From: Paragordius varius
Taxonomy: Eukaryota > Animalia > Nematomorpha
Assembly (NCBI GenBank): GCA_964247055.1
Contig: OZ176057.1
Coordinates: forward strand, 3,720,001 to 3,784,000
DNA: 64,000 nucleotides
Direction of reading: 5' to 3'
This document shows, piece by piece, positions 28,005 through 41,483 of the stretch (positions are counted from its first letter, which is position 1; the number at the start of each line of letters is the position of its first letter). The notes beneath the pieces are model-generated. The model did not search any database, was not told where the DNA came from, and saw nothing but the letters and a program-made list of their open reading frames with translations. Position numbers and translations under genes: made by a program.

Positions 28005-30294
28005 GTAAATTTATTTTTTATTCATTTATATATAAATGTTTCTATTTTATTATATAATTTGTTATATCAAAAAAGTTTGATGGATTACGAACAAACCAAA
28101 AAGTATATTATTTTTATGTTCTATTATAAAAAATGCTTTTATGGGCCATTTCAATATTGAAAATGGCTATAAATGGTTTTAATTTAATAGTCAGTTGCCT
28201 TGTCTTATACCATTTGCACTTCAAGAGTGTTCTTGAACACTTTAAGTTGGCCTTGAACATTTTAAGTAAACTATTTATCACTTTGGTCCTTAAAATTTTT
28301 AAAGTTTTGCATTAATTTTTTTATTTTTATTATTTTTTAACCTTTACCTATTTATTATATATTTTTTCAAATATAAATTTTTTTAATTAAAAACCACTTG
28401 TTTCGAACTAATTTTTCCAATTTAAAAAAATAATTGATATATAAAGATTTTAATAAAAAATTGTATTAATTAATAACTCAGAATTCATATACCATCTTAA
28501 TTACGTGTTTAATCTTATAAAAATACAAAATTAATTAAGAAAATTAATAAAGATATGCGGTTTTTAAATTAAAAATTGATATTGATTAATTTATGATAAA
28601 AACAGAAAATAGCTTAAAACTGATAAAATATATAAATGACACAATTTGGTTGATAAAAGTCAAAAAAATAACAAAAAAAGTTAAAGGGTTAAGTTGAAGT
28701 ATTCAAGGGCCAACTTGAAATGTTCAAGGACCATATTTCATTTTATCTGTTACATATTTTGTTTAACACTTTATTTTTTCTCCGCAGTTTTAAAAAATGT
28801 AACCAATAAAAACGAAATATCATATCTACATGGCTACTTAGCCATTTAAGATACTTTAATAACCTATAATGTTGCCTACAGTATATCAGACGCGTAACTC
28901 GAGAAGGGGAAAGGGGACCGATGAAGCAAGCGCTCCAATAAGGGCGTTTGATTTTCTAAAATTTTAATATTCTTACAAAAAAATAGGTATATCAAAGTTT
29001 TTGTTTTACATTAAAAAATCACTTATTTATGAGTGGTGAGAAGACCACGGTTTGAATTTGATTATTTTTTAAATGCAAGTAGAAATGCAAGCTACCCTCT
29101 GCTGTATTTTATGATCAAAAATTTTGAATCCACCTGAATGAAATTTAAATGGATTTTGAAATTCAAACAAATATTGATTTGTCTTATAGTAAACGAATTA
29201 AATGTATACAACTTTTGACGTATTCAGTTAAAATTGAAATACAAATAAAACGTAAAAACATAAAGAAAAATATTTTATTTTTAAAAAAAGACATTCATAA
29301 CTTTTAAAACCTTAGTTTTTCAATATAAAACATTTAATTACAATTTTTAAATGCAAATAATTGTGCTACCAATATAATCTCTAATTCATGCCTACTAATT
29401 TAATAACAATGAGTTAGTTATATTTTTAAAAATCAAATTTAAAGTACAGCAGTTTAAAAAAATTGTCTTTATATTTTTAAGTTTTGTCCGTATAATTTTA
29501 ATTTTCATTGTATTTATCTAGCTAATATATACATATATAAATCCGTTGAACAAAAACGGTTCTGATTCTTGATATTCTTTTGTAAAATATTACGAAATTA
29601 CATAATCTATTATAAATATAATAATATAATAATAAAATAATAAATATTAAACAATGGTTGCCGCAATCTTTTTTTTGCACATAAAAGATGACTTTAAAAT
29701 TGTTTAAAATATTTATATATTCTTAATTTGTTTATTTAATCTTTTAAATGTAATAATACGTCATTTTATAAACAGTATCAATTTTTATTCTAACGATATA
29801 ATGTGCAATTTCCTTCCAGAAAAGATTTTTTGTTATATTACGGAAAATATTTTTTTATACGGACAAAACCTAAAAATATAAAGACCAATGTTTTTTTCTA
29901 AAAGATAACAATACTTTTTTTGAATTTCATTTTTGAAAAGATAACTATTGTTTTAACTTGCAAAATATATAAAATTAATAGGTATATTGGTTACACAATC
30001 AATTTTATATTTTACAATTGTAATTAAATAATCTTTATGAAAAAATTAAGGTTTATAAAAGTATGGTTGTCTTTTAGAAAAAATATTTGTCTTTATATTT
30101 TTTTGTCGTCTTATTTCAGTTTTTACTGTAATATCGGCACTTTTAACATATAATTCAATGTTTTGAATGTAAAATCGTGGAAATTTTTATATTTTGGTTC
30201 CTTGGATTCATAAAATTATTTAACCAAACTTTTGTTCATAATTGATATATTTTAAATTTTCGCTCCACAAAAAGAAACCCTCTACTCTGTTATA

Positions 30295-30329
<35 letters not shown>

Positions 30330-31349
30330 TAATAAGGTGCCCAAAATCCAAAAAAAATCCTGAGAAAATAAATATAAATTCTGATGTATAAATGTCTTAG
30401 GATTCTCATGAAGCTAATAGAGCTTACGACCACAATTTAAATAAATTGAACCTTTTGTGAAATCGCTTTATATCAAAATCTAGCGCACATTAGGCTATTC
30501 GGTTTTTTAGGCAAAAGCTGGATGCATAAACTGCATTTAAAAGTTCAAACATTATTTAATATTTAAATGTTGGCAGGCTCCGAAAGTCCCACACTTTTGG
30601 ACTCCTCTAAAATGGGCCAGATTTGTTTTAAGTAAAAATACCTGCATGATTTTAAATGTAGTAAATTTTGAAGCGCATTGTATGATGTAGTGTAGCATGT
30701 TAGAAACGTTATGAAAACACCCAATTTATTGAAAAAACATTTTTGGAAGCTAAATTATAATACCTCTGCTTTATAAAATATTGTTCAGATTTAAATTAAT
30801 TTAAGGCAAATCAAACAATTTAATACCGCGGTTGAGAACAACTGATCTAGCCTTATTTAGAAAAACTGTTAATTCTTAATTTGAACTTTCGTTTATTTCA
30901 AGAAAAACTAGCTCATAAATATGACTATAATACAAAATTAAATTTTAATAAAAATATTGATGTTTTTTTATGATATATTTTTAATATTTTTTGGAATGAG
31001 GCGTTTAGTTTTCACATTTAGCATAATTTGCGTTAATCATATTATTTGATATGGAGCAATTAGCACAAAACTGTAAATATTTATATATCATTTGTAAGCA
31101 TTTTAACCAAAAGCTGCAAATTCTGATACATTTATCTATAAAAATATTTTTTTCTGTGATCTGTCAATAATATGATCGGGTAAACAGTATATATATAGGG
31201 TAAAATATTTAACTAACGAGTAAGCTAATGAAGTCTAGGTTAGAGTTACAAGTTTGGCAATGCTATTATTACGCCCTATCGCGTATGCAAGCCATATTGA
31301 ATCCATCGCTTTTATGCACGGATTTGAAACATTCTGATAATATTACATA

Positions 31350-31683
31350 TATACCATTTACAGTTCAAATTTACCCTAAAACAATTCAAGTTCACCCTTG
31401 AACAATTTATATTCACCTTCAGACAATTCAAATTCACCCTAAAATAAATTATGTGTATTTAAGATTAAAATTTACCTATATTTTTTTATATTTTTAAAAA
31501 AGAAACTTTGTATGTAATCCAAATAATACTGAAAAAATAATAAACTTTGCCATAAAAATATATTTAATTATAATGATGAGTTATATTAGACCGAAATTTC
31601 ATAAATTATTTTTAGGGTCGATTCGAATTGTTTGAGGGTGAATTTGAATTGTATAAAGGGGAATTTGAATTGTAAATGGTATA
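31350..31683. mobile_element. MITE family A copy
   Basis: Both TIRs are present (tataccatttacag ... tgtaaatggtata). Confidence 0.85.
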
Positions 31684-31697
31684 TATACATACATTAG

Positions 31698-34345
31698 ATA
31701 ATCGCAACTCATTTGGGCAACTATTCATTTAGGATCTTAACAAATTTTGGAACACATTATCTTGTAGATATATTACGGCCCAGAGATAGGACAGATGAGT
31801 ATTCTTGGGTAAAAACAGGGTTTAACAATTCATTTTTAAACGATGTTTTTGAGCTGGTATTGGTGCGATCAGGACAAAATCATCCCCGACAAGGTTTATA
31901 TATATCATTTACACTTATAATTCACCCCTGAACAACTCAAATTCCTAAAATGAATTTTATTTTTAAGATTGATAATTACTTACATTTTTCATATTCAAAT
32001 AATGAAATTTTGTTTACAATTTATAATAATATTGAAAAAATATTAAACAAAGCCATAAAGATATATTTCATATTAATTATGATTCATATTAACCCAAAAA
32101 CACTTAATTTATTTATAGGGTGAATTAAATAGTTCGAGGGCTGATTTGAATTGTTTAATGAATTCGAAGAAGAAAGATATAATATACCAAAATTAAAAAA
32201 AAGACTGTATTTATTTTGATATGTAACTCATAGTAAAATCGGGAGTAGAAGAATAATTTAGCTTTAGTAAAAATATACTGTCGTAAATAAATAAATATAA
32301 TTAAAAAAATGATTTAAAATAACATTTTAACATTTAAATTTAATTTCTAAATATGAATTTTTAATGCCTTTAGGATATTGTGATCATACAAAATTAAATC
32401 TTACAACGTCCCTCATTTTCAACTATGATAAAATTTGCGATCTCCATTTGCTCGATGGTATCTATAATATGTACAAGGATTCTCAAACTCATCAGTAAAA
32501 ACTATTTTAAAAATGACAGTTTTTGCAATATGACTGTTAAATTTGAAATACGGTCAAACCTAAAAATATAAAGACAAATGTTTTTTTAAAAGCAACCAAC
32601 TATCCTTTTTTAAACTTTATTTTTAAATAAATTATTGGTTTTAAATTGCAAAGTAAAAAATTAATATGTATATTGGTGACACAATCAATTATATATTTTA
32701 CATTGTAATTATATAATTTTTATGAGAAAAATTAAGGTTTATAAAAGTATGGTTGTCTTATAGAAAAAAATATTTGTCTTAATATTTTTACTTTTTGTCC
32801 GTATAATTTCAGTTTTTACTGTATATCAATATTTTAAATGTTTAAAAATAGTTTTGCCTTTTTGTAAGCAGAATTGGTAAGACCCACAACAAATAATCAA
32901 TTGTAATAAAATACTATACTATATTAAAAAATATGTTAAACATAATAATTTACGCGATGACATATTATATTACGCGATGACATTCTAAGGTTATTTTTGA
33001 CGCCAAGCTTTAAGTAGTAAACTGATTACTGTTTTAAAAGTTGTTTGAACCCATTCTTCCTGTATTTAATTAAAAAACTTAAAATTTTTACAGCTCTTTT
33101 CTATCATTCCATATACCAAAACACAATTGAATCAAACAGCTAATATTATATCGTGAAATAAGAAATATTTGCTGGTAAATTGTGTTTTGAAATTTTTGAA
33201 ATTATTTAATTAATTTTTCAAGCATAATATACTTTTTGCTCGTTGTTTGCAATAAAGAATTAAAAATGGCGGCGAAAAAGTTTGAGATGAGGATTGTTTT
33301 ACAATTTAACATGTAAAAAAATTTGCTGTATACCCCTAAAAGTCTAAAGAAAGGATGTTTTTAAATTTGGCCCAATGCTATTGAATTTTTTAAGACAATT
33401 GAATATAGCCTTTGAATTAATGTTCATATCGGTTAAACAAAAAAACTGAACGATTTTAAGATTATAACCCAATAGTTATATATGATTTTTAAAGTTTTTA
33501 TGTAAAAGCATTTAAAATTATTCAATTCGATTGAGGGGATCTAAGATTTTCGATAGTAATTGCTGTACGGTATGTTTTGGGGATAAAGCATTAAAATATA
33601 AAAATTTACTTACAAATTTTATAGAGATGTACTTGTTCAAAGTCAAGCGAATCAAACTTATCGAATAACAATGCGTTTGAATGAAACAATCCATTTTGAA
33701 ATAATTCAATGTCCACAGTGAACACTTACCTGAAACATTTTTATATTATTTTTTAAATTAGTAGAGCCATATTTAATATTAGAAACAAAAATGTGATTTT
33801 AAAAAAACAAAATTCATATTCCAAATCATACCAAATAGTGCTTTTTATTTATTTATTATATATTTAAAAAATATTAAAAAATCCAATATTTTAAAATTCA
33901 TACCCAAATATGTTGTCATGTTAAACATAGAAATGTCCAAATAGCTTTGCGGTTTGCATTTTCGGATCAAATAATTTAACGGGTCGCACTCGATAAACAT
34001 ATATAAGCTAAACGAATCTTTTATAGATTTTAAACAAAAGACTGTAAATTACTGTTTATTTTATCGATTTTTGTTAGTTCGTTGTCAAAATTCGGAATGA
34101 TTCAGGAATGTATTTAGAAAGTTAATTTTACGAGATTTTTAATGTTGCTTGATTTTCTCTTGGGCTGCAAAGGGTTTACGCATACTACTTATCGTGGTTT
34201 TAATACATTTCTAAAGTTTTTGCATTTAAATTTTCTAGTAATACTTTCCAGTCATTTTGATGAAGGATACATGCACATAGTTGTATGTCCAATCATAATT
34301 ATTACAAATGAAATTATACCAACAAAATTAAAACATAATAATTAA
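31698..34345 (+). CDS. Probable coding exons of an unidentified gene with a repeated Y-x-I...H motif
   Basis: Exons 31698..31893, 32374..32494 and 33625..33717 join in phase (1 then 2) with GT-AG ends; a further open segment lies at 34118..34345. A competing minus-strand reading exists over 33518-34042, so the strand of the 3' part is uncertain. Confidence 0.35.
32533..32822. mobile_element. MITE family B exemplar (TACAGTAAAAA...TTTTTACTGTA; core AAAAGACAACCATACTTTT)
   Basis: The same TIR and core recur at ~3600-3835, 11138-11399, 25016-25213, 29250-29510, 29838-30130, 35406-35541, 37020-37291, 43030-43285 and 49620-49795. Confidence 0.75.
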
Positions 34346-34677
34346 TTTTCAAAAGACAACTATACTTTTTCAAACCCTTATTTACCTATACAAATTATTC
34401 AATTCTGATTGTAAAATATATAATTGATTGGGCAACTACTATACATTTCTATTGCATTTTGCAATACTCAAAGTTAATTCTAAAATCAAGTGTGTAAAAA
34501 AGTAATTTGTCTTTATGTATTAACATTTTGTCCCTATATTATTTTTTCTGAATATTTAGATCTTAAATTTTCTGATTAACCAAAAATGCTGCATATAGAC
34601 CCTATATCAATTTGATAATAATTTTTTCGATGCCTATTTAAATTTATAAACTTTTCATGACGAATGATATTGATCAA

Positions 34678-34930
34678 TATACCATTTACACTTCAAATTC
34701 ACCCTAAAATAAATTGTGTTTTTTAAAAATTAAAAACAATATTTTTTATATTTGAAAAAAAAAGAAAACATTTTAAATATACTGAAAAAATAATGAACTA
34801 TGCTATGAAATATATTTTTTATTTTAGCCCGAAAAAACATATTTTTAGGGTGAATTCGATTTGTTCAAGGGTCAATTAAGTTGTTCGAGGGTGAATTTTT
34901 ATTGTTCGGGGGGTGAATTTGATTGTTTAA
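34678..34930. mobile_element. MITE family A copy, right end degenerate
   Basis: Left TIR tataccatttacac followed by the family core. Confidence 0.7.
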
Positions 34931-35878
34931 ATCCTATTATTTTGCGGCATTTAACGCATGGCAAAACATATTTGTTTAAAAAATATTCACCTTAAACTCT
35001 CTTTTGTCGATTCCATTTACGGTTTATGTAAATTCCCAAATTATCTTTGCCAATAAAAACTTATTTTTAGTTAAAACTAATATCAATAACTTTACAAATA
35101 TTTACATACATGATAAAAACTAAGTGCTTATACTAAAAATAGTAAATTTTTATCAAATTTGACGTTATTTTTACAATTATGGTATTATTCAGATCAGGGG
35201 TGTCCAACACACTTGGCTTGGCCGCATTCGAAAACTACATATGGGCATTAAAAATATATTTTCTTAGAGTTTATTATTTTAGACTGTTAAACTACCATCT
35301 ATTTTAACATTTTTTGCTTTTTCATTGCCAACATATGGAAAGATTAATTCAAAAAGTTTGTTTAAACAAATCAATTTATCTTTAATTTCGTAATATTTTA
35401 TGATTTACAGTAAAAAACTGAAATTAAACGGACAAAATGTAAAATATAAAGATTGCAAAATATATAAATCAGTGTGCAACCAATCTACATATTAAAAAAC
35501 ATTTGCCTCCATATTTTTAGGTTTTGTCAATTTTTACTGTAAATTTCTATAGGCCACAGATATCGCAGTTAAACAATAGGTGCTTAATAACTGCATTTAA
35601 GATTAGGTCGGCCAGTTTAAAAAACCAAATTTTAAATGTTTGGTTAGAATATCATATGTACTCATATATTTTATAAAAATAGTTTACAGATACGCTTTTT
35701 TTCGTTTAATAAAGGTTAACCAAATATAATTGCATAAAATGTTTTATTCATAAACATATATTTGATAAAAAAATATAAAAAAAACATGAAAAAAAGGCGT
35801 AATTTTGATTAGTACAGTAATAGTTTTCAAGAGATATCCATGATGAAAATTATAGTGAAATATGTTTGTAAAAAAATT

Positions 35879-36106
35879 TTATTTTTTTAAATCCTTCTCA
35901 TAACCACCAACTAAAGATCCCAAATTCATGAGCAAATTGCTTGAATCCAAATAAGCCTGATTTTTCGAGTTGGCCACCTAAATACAAATTCAAATATTTC
36001 AAATTTTTTAGCAAAAATAAATGTTTTAAACAATACAAAAATAGAAATATATTTCTATATTTTTCCGGTTAACAAATATAAAGCAAATAAAATATTCTGG
36101 ATATGA

Positions 36107-36140
<34 letters not shown>

Positions 36141-39100
36141 TTACCGTTCGAGCAATATTTTGAGCAGCAGTTATTTTTCGAAGTTTCAAGTAAGCCGGAT
36201 TCTTGGAAACAGCTTCTCCAATGTATAATCAAACATATAATTTTGAGTTAAGGTTTTTATTTTTATCATAGTTTTTTTCCCTGGTAAAGGAGTTATAAAA
36301 TTTCTTGTTAAAACAATTAAATTATATACAAAAAATAAGAATATAGAGATTATATAGCATAAACACCTAGAACCATATCAATGTGAATATTCTCAAAGAA
36401 ATATAGTTGTTAGTTTCTATTTATATATAGCTAAGCACTTTAACACACACAGCAAATATATTGATAGCACATTAAAAGATAGTAAAAAGTTAAAAAACAT
36501 TTAACTAAATGTACTATCAGGCAATATTTAATATAAAATTAGCAATGTAGACTTATTCATTTGTATTATGTAAAAAGAGTTGATTAAAAGTTTTAACTCA
36601 AGAAAAAATAAACCCATTTAAAACAATCGAACCATATTTTAAATCCCTTTACATCTTATAATTGTTAATTACTAGGTTAAGAGTTTCTAATATAAAAAAA
36701 ACATAAGTTAACATCCTAATCGTTTTAACAACCATATAAACAAATTTTTTTACCGGAAAATGTATGTAAAAAACCCTAAAAAGTTTTAAAACTTATATTA
36801 TATGTAAAAATATAAAATTTATGTCTTAGGTTCCCAAATTTTTTTGGCATAAATGTTAGATTTTTTTGATAAAAAAGGATATCAATTTCCCAGCCTCGGC
36901 CTCACCCTCAGCCTGCACAATTTTTTGCTGTTTCTCTTGAATGGCTCTTTCCACGACAAAAGCTGCACGTTGGGCTTCTTGTTGAGCAACCTATGTGTAG
37001 GATATGTAAATGGAATTGTTCATAAAGATAAAACGTAAAAATATATAAAGACAAATATTTTTTCTAAAAGACAACCATTTAGTTGATTTATTTCAATATA
37101 ACTCCTTGTTTCAAATGGCAAAGTGTGAAATAAAGATATATATTACTAACACAATCAATCCTATATTTACAATTAAAACTACGTAGCCTTTATAGGAAAA
37201 ATTAAGGTTTTAAAAGTATGGTTTGTTGTCTTTTATAAAAACATATCTGTCTTTTAAAAAATCTTCCTCCATATAATTTCATTTTTACTGTACCTGTAAA
37301 TTTATAAAATCGAACCAAAATAATTCGCTAAAACAAATCATAAACTATTAGTTATTATTGTTATTATGGATAAAACCAAACCTTAAAGCGCTCGAAACTA
37401 TGAAACAAAGCTATTTTTCGGTGGACAAAAACACCTGAATTATAGAATCAAAAGGCGAATCTTATATTCAATCCAATATTCATCAGTAAAAGATATACCT
37501 GTTTAGCTTCAACTGCGGCCGTATATTGTGGGCTAAAACTCAGCTCTGTTATACTAACATCATCGAGTACAATGTTAAAATCACGAGCCCGATCTTCAAG
37601 TGCTTTGCGAATGAGTAAACTTACTTGCTGTCTTTGCGTTATCAGTTGAGAGGCATTAAATTTGGCCACTACACTTTTAAGGGTCTATATATATATATAT
37701 ATATATTATTCAAATTCATCCTAAAATAAATTATGCGCTTTTTTAGATTAAACATTATCTATATTATATATATATATACTATTCAAATTCACCCTAAAAT
37801 AAATTTTGTGTTTTTTTAGATTAAACATTATCTATATTTTATATATATAAATAATAATGAAATTTAAATAATACCTAAAAAATAATAAACTATGTGCCAA
37901 AAAAGATATACATTGGTATATTATACAACCCAAAAACACATAATTTATTTTTAGTGTAAATATAAATTGTTCAGAAGGGGGGGTGGATTTGAATTGTAAA
38001 TGGCATATATGAAGTGTGGTTGAGTAATTAACTATACAATGCTACTTTTTCATATTTAATACTGCCCAAAAGCATATATTACAGTAAAAATACGGGTAAA
38101 TAGAAAGAAAAGAGACAAAAAATAAGATTTGTAATCAAAAATATTGATCTTTACTTATAATATCTAACAATCTTAAATGTTTACCTATTGTCTATATTTC
38201 TACTTTATATGAGTTGCTAGTTGTTTATAAAAAATATTTTGTTTTTTTTTCATATAAAGAAAGCCATTCTTGATTTGTTTTAATATAACATGAATAATAA
38301 CACTCTACGTGACATTTCTATTGCGCATATTGCAACGACAAGTTACATTTTTAAAAAAGGTTTTAAAAAATATGTAATCTAGTTATACTTCTTACTTTTG
38401 ATCTTATAACTTTAATTTTTACTGTATCCCGCCCCATACCCAACATAAAAAGTATTTGAATAGGCTCATATATATTTATATATAATAAACATCACTACAC
38501 CTCTTCAAAATGAATTTTTTTTCAAAATGCATATTACTTATAACCCTAAAAACTCATGTTGTCAACCATTCCATTTTTTTTCTGCCAATGTGTTTTAGTC
38601 ATAAAATTTGATCTATTGTTTTCGAGTTTAAAAATGCATAGTTTTTTCATTTTTTAAAATAAAAAACAGAGCAACGTATGAATTAACCTCATTAACGATT
38701 GAAGGTAAAACTCTTTCTTCATATTCCTGACCCAAAACTCTGTACATAGTGGGCAATCGCAATTGATCTGGACGAGTCAATACTCGTAAGGTTATATTGA
38801 CCATTTGTAAATCTAAAAAAAATGTGAAATATTATGGTATCAATAGCAAAGCCATACACCATTTAAATATTTGCAAATAATTATTAAATAATCAAAACGC
38901 AATCATACTTTGTAAATTGGATATAAAAAATGGAAAAAAATAAAAAAATAGAATTATTACTCGTAAGGAACAAAGTAATAGAGTTACAATCATAAAATTG
39001 TTCAATTTACATTATAAAATCGTTCTGTAGTTTCAAAAAAAATTATAATTTTATTTTCGGGTTTGTTTTAATGATTTAAAAGTTGAGATATCGGTTCACT

Positions 39101-40410
39101 TTTTTAGGGTAATATATATTATTTCGATGAGACAAAAATATGGGTAAATGAACCATTAAATTTGTTATATACTATATTTTAAATAAACTAGAAACTTTAT
39201 TTATTTATATAATAGCTAATGTAATAAAATCGTTTGCCTTATATGTTTTATTTTTAAAATGTAAATAATATATATTTAATAAAAATTAATTGGAATTCGT
39301 TTATTCAAAAACGAATCAACTAAAAATTTTAATACAAAATCCTGGTAAAAACTTAAAAGATATTTAAACTTTTTAAGCAAAGCCTTACCTTTACTTCCTG
39401 TAGGTGAGGAGATTTTCCTAGGTTTAGCTCTGATATCATAAATTATTGGATATTGAAACCATGGGATTCTAACAAAAAATAGGATAAGCTTTATGAATAT
39501 TAAACTAATATATGTAATTAGTATATTAATTACATATAAGACTTATTTCATATAATAAATCAAATTTTAGGATTAAGAACTATGAATTCGTATTTCCATA
39601 TATAATTGAGTAACAATTTACATCTCTATTGCTGTATTTTGCAAAAAATAAAAACGATAGGATCCTAGAGTTTTTAACATATTATTTCAATTTTTATGTT
39701 GCATCCATAAATCCATATCAAAAATTTATTAAGGTATAGTTGACGCCCATTGAAAAGCTTTGGTTTTAAACATTTTTATTATGAAAAGTAATGACAATAA
39801 ATATTATCATATACTGGTTTTTTTAAAATGAAATGGTTCCAGTTAGCAAACACCCTTAAATGTTAAAAAATATTAGTAATTTCAAAAAAAAATCAAAAGA
39901 CCTAAAATGAATTCCTTCGCTGTAAACTTCATTTTGCACTCCGGTTAAACGACTGAATATGATGGCACGGTGTCCAGCTTCCACTATTGGTATCAAAAGA
40001 TATGAGTAATATTACAGTAAAAATCATATGTTTAAACAAATTTGATTAATAAAGTCGTTTGCGGTTGCCAAATAAGAAATTTCAATAAAAATTGATCTCA
40101 AATTTTAAACAAACTAAAATAGCTATAAAAAAAACTCAAAAAATCAAATAGTTATAAAAATATAGTATTCTTTTGTTTCCATATAAATGTTAAATTTAAA
40201 AAGATTGAAGAAAAATTATAAACAACCTACACATAATTATCTCAAAATTTATAGAAATACGATATTTATTTAATAAATATAACCTTGATAAACTGAATGA
40301 AAAGCGGCATAACCCAAAGCAGCCGCACCAATCAAAAATTTTGAAGCTGGTCCAACGCCTTTAGGATTTGATGCAAATCGAGCAAATGTTTCTGTAATTT
40401 TACTTTGCAT
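35879..40410 (-). CDS. PHB2: Prohibitin-2, 8 exons, 294 aa
   Basis: complement(join(35879..35977,36145..36222,36883..36990,37499..37684,38688..38812,39389..39468,39902..39983,40284..40410)) = 885 nt with no internal stops. Contains [66 protein letters not shown] and [16 protein letters not shown], all characteristic of PHB2. Confidence 0.97.
36223..36882 (-). other. U12-type (minor spliceosome) AT-AC intron, PHB2 intron 6
   Basis: 5' site TTG|ATATCCTTTT (36882-36873), branch motif CCTTAAC (36253-36247), 3' end TAC|ATTGGA. Removal restores EAEAGKL|IGEAVSKNP in frame. Confidence 0.93.
37708..38008. mobile_element. Degenerate MITE family A copy with ~68-bp tandem duplication, PHB2 intron 4
   Basis: attcaaattca(t/c)cctaaaataaatt...acattatctata occurs twice; right end gaattgtaaatggcata. 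Confidence 0.6.
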
Positions 40411-40548
40411 TCTATATTATTATAAAGTTTATCTATATTAAATTATAATTACTAAGGGCCTGAAAGTGGAAATCACGTTTTTTTCCAATGTGGGACCTAA
40501 CAATCAATTATGATTATCTGTTTTTGTAATATATGTGATTAGAATTTT
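40411..40548. promoter_or_regulatory. Inferred bidirectional promoter shared by PHB2 and TAX1BP3
   Basis: Only 138 bp separate the two divergent start codons, and this must hold both promoters and both 5' UTRs unless there are non-coding exons. Confidence 0.65.
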
Positions 40549-41483
40549 ATGCAACATTTGAAAGAAAAGATAGACGATCATTATGAATTTGGTGAACCGT
40601 TTGAATGTCCTAGTGTAGTTTTTAACTCTTTATTTTAGTTAATTTTTATTGTTCAAAAAGAAATGGTTGGTTCGAATAACCATCTTAGTGCTGGTTTTAG
40701 TATAGGAGGAGGTATTGATCAAGATCCTAAACTTTCGCCCATAAAGTATCCAGATAACGTATGAAAGAGTTTTGGCATCTAAAATAGGGAATATATATAA
40801 CTAATATAATGGACCATGGTCCAGCACACAAATCCGGACTCCGTATACATGACAAAATTTTGGAGGTTTTTTAAAATTATATAAATGATGTTAAGTTTTT
40901 ATAAAAATGTTGTAAATTAATAACACATTGGTTTTTAAATATTATTTTGATTTAAACAGTACTTTGACAACATTATTTGTTATAATTGTTTTAATTTTAA
41001 ATTAAAAGTTTAATATTTTAAGTTTTTTAAAAGCCGGTAAAAAAATTAGCCGATGTAGTATATACTTAATTTGCATCAAAGTTATTAAGCTATCTGTAAA
41101 TTTTAAAAGATAGAAAGTATTAGAATTTGTTTAAAAATGTCTTAGAAACTTTTTAAATCACTTTGAACTAAGGTTATATTGTTTGTAAATTCTTAAATTC
41201 AACTGAAGAGTCAAATTAATAACTAAAACTAGATTTCATATTATTTCCTGAAAAATCTACCAATATTTACAATCAACAATTTATTATAATTATATATAAA
41301 CTTGCATCATCAAAATTACCTTATATTATTTATTTTACATTTTTTTCGTTATTCAAGGTTAATGGTTATGACGTAACGCTAGTTACTCACAAGAAAGCTG
41401 TGGAATATATCAAAAAGTTTAATCCACTTAAGCTCACCATTTATCGAAACGATTTGATTATATCAAAAGACATTTTGGTGTAA
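40549..41483 (+). CDS. TAX1BP3: Tax1-binding protein 3 / TIP-1 single-PDZ protein, 4 exons, 129 aa
   Basis: join(40549..40614,40639..40758,40788..40865,41358..41483), all phase 0. Contains GFSIGGGIDQD, DN|GIYIT, GLRIHDKILE|VNGYDVTLVTHKKAVEYIKK, matching the TIP-1 family. Confidence 0.9.

Noticed and set aside
33518-33729. Minus-strand reading resembling a GPCR TM3 or Cys-loop motif
   Set aside because: Flanking exons do not supply the expected domains, and a competing plus-strand chain exists; left as unresolved.
34262-34270. GTATCCTT U12-like donor on the minus strand (also TCCTTAAC at 44677-44684 and ATATCCTTT near 52485)
   Set aside because: No matching partner signal or conserved exon; a few such 8-mers are expected by chance at this AT content.
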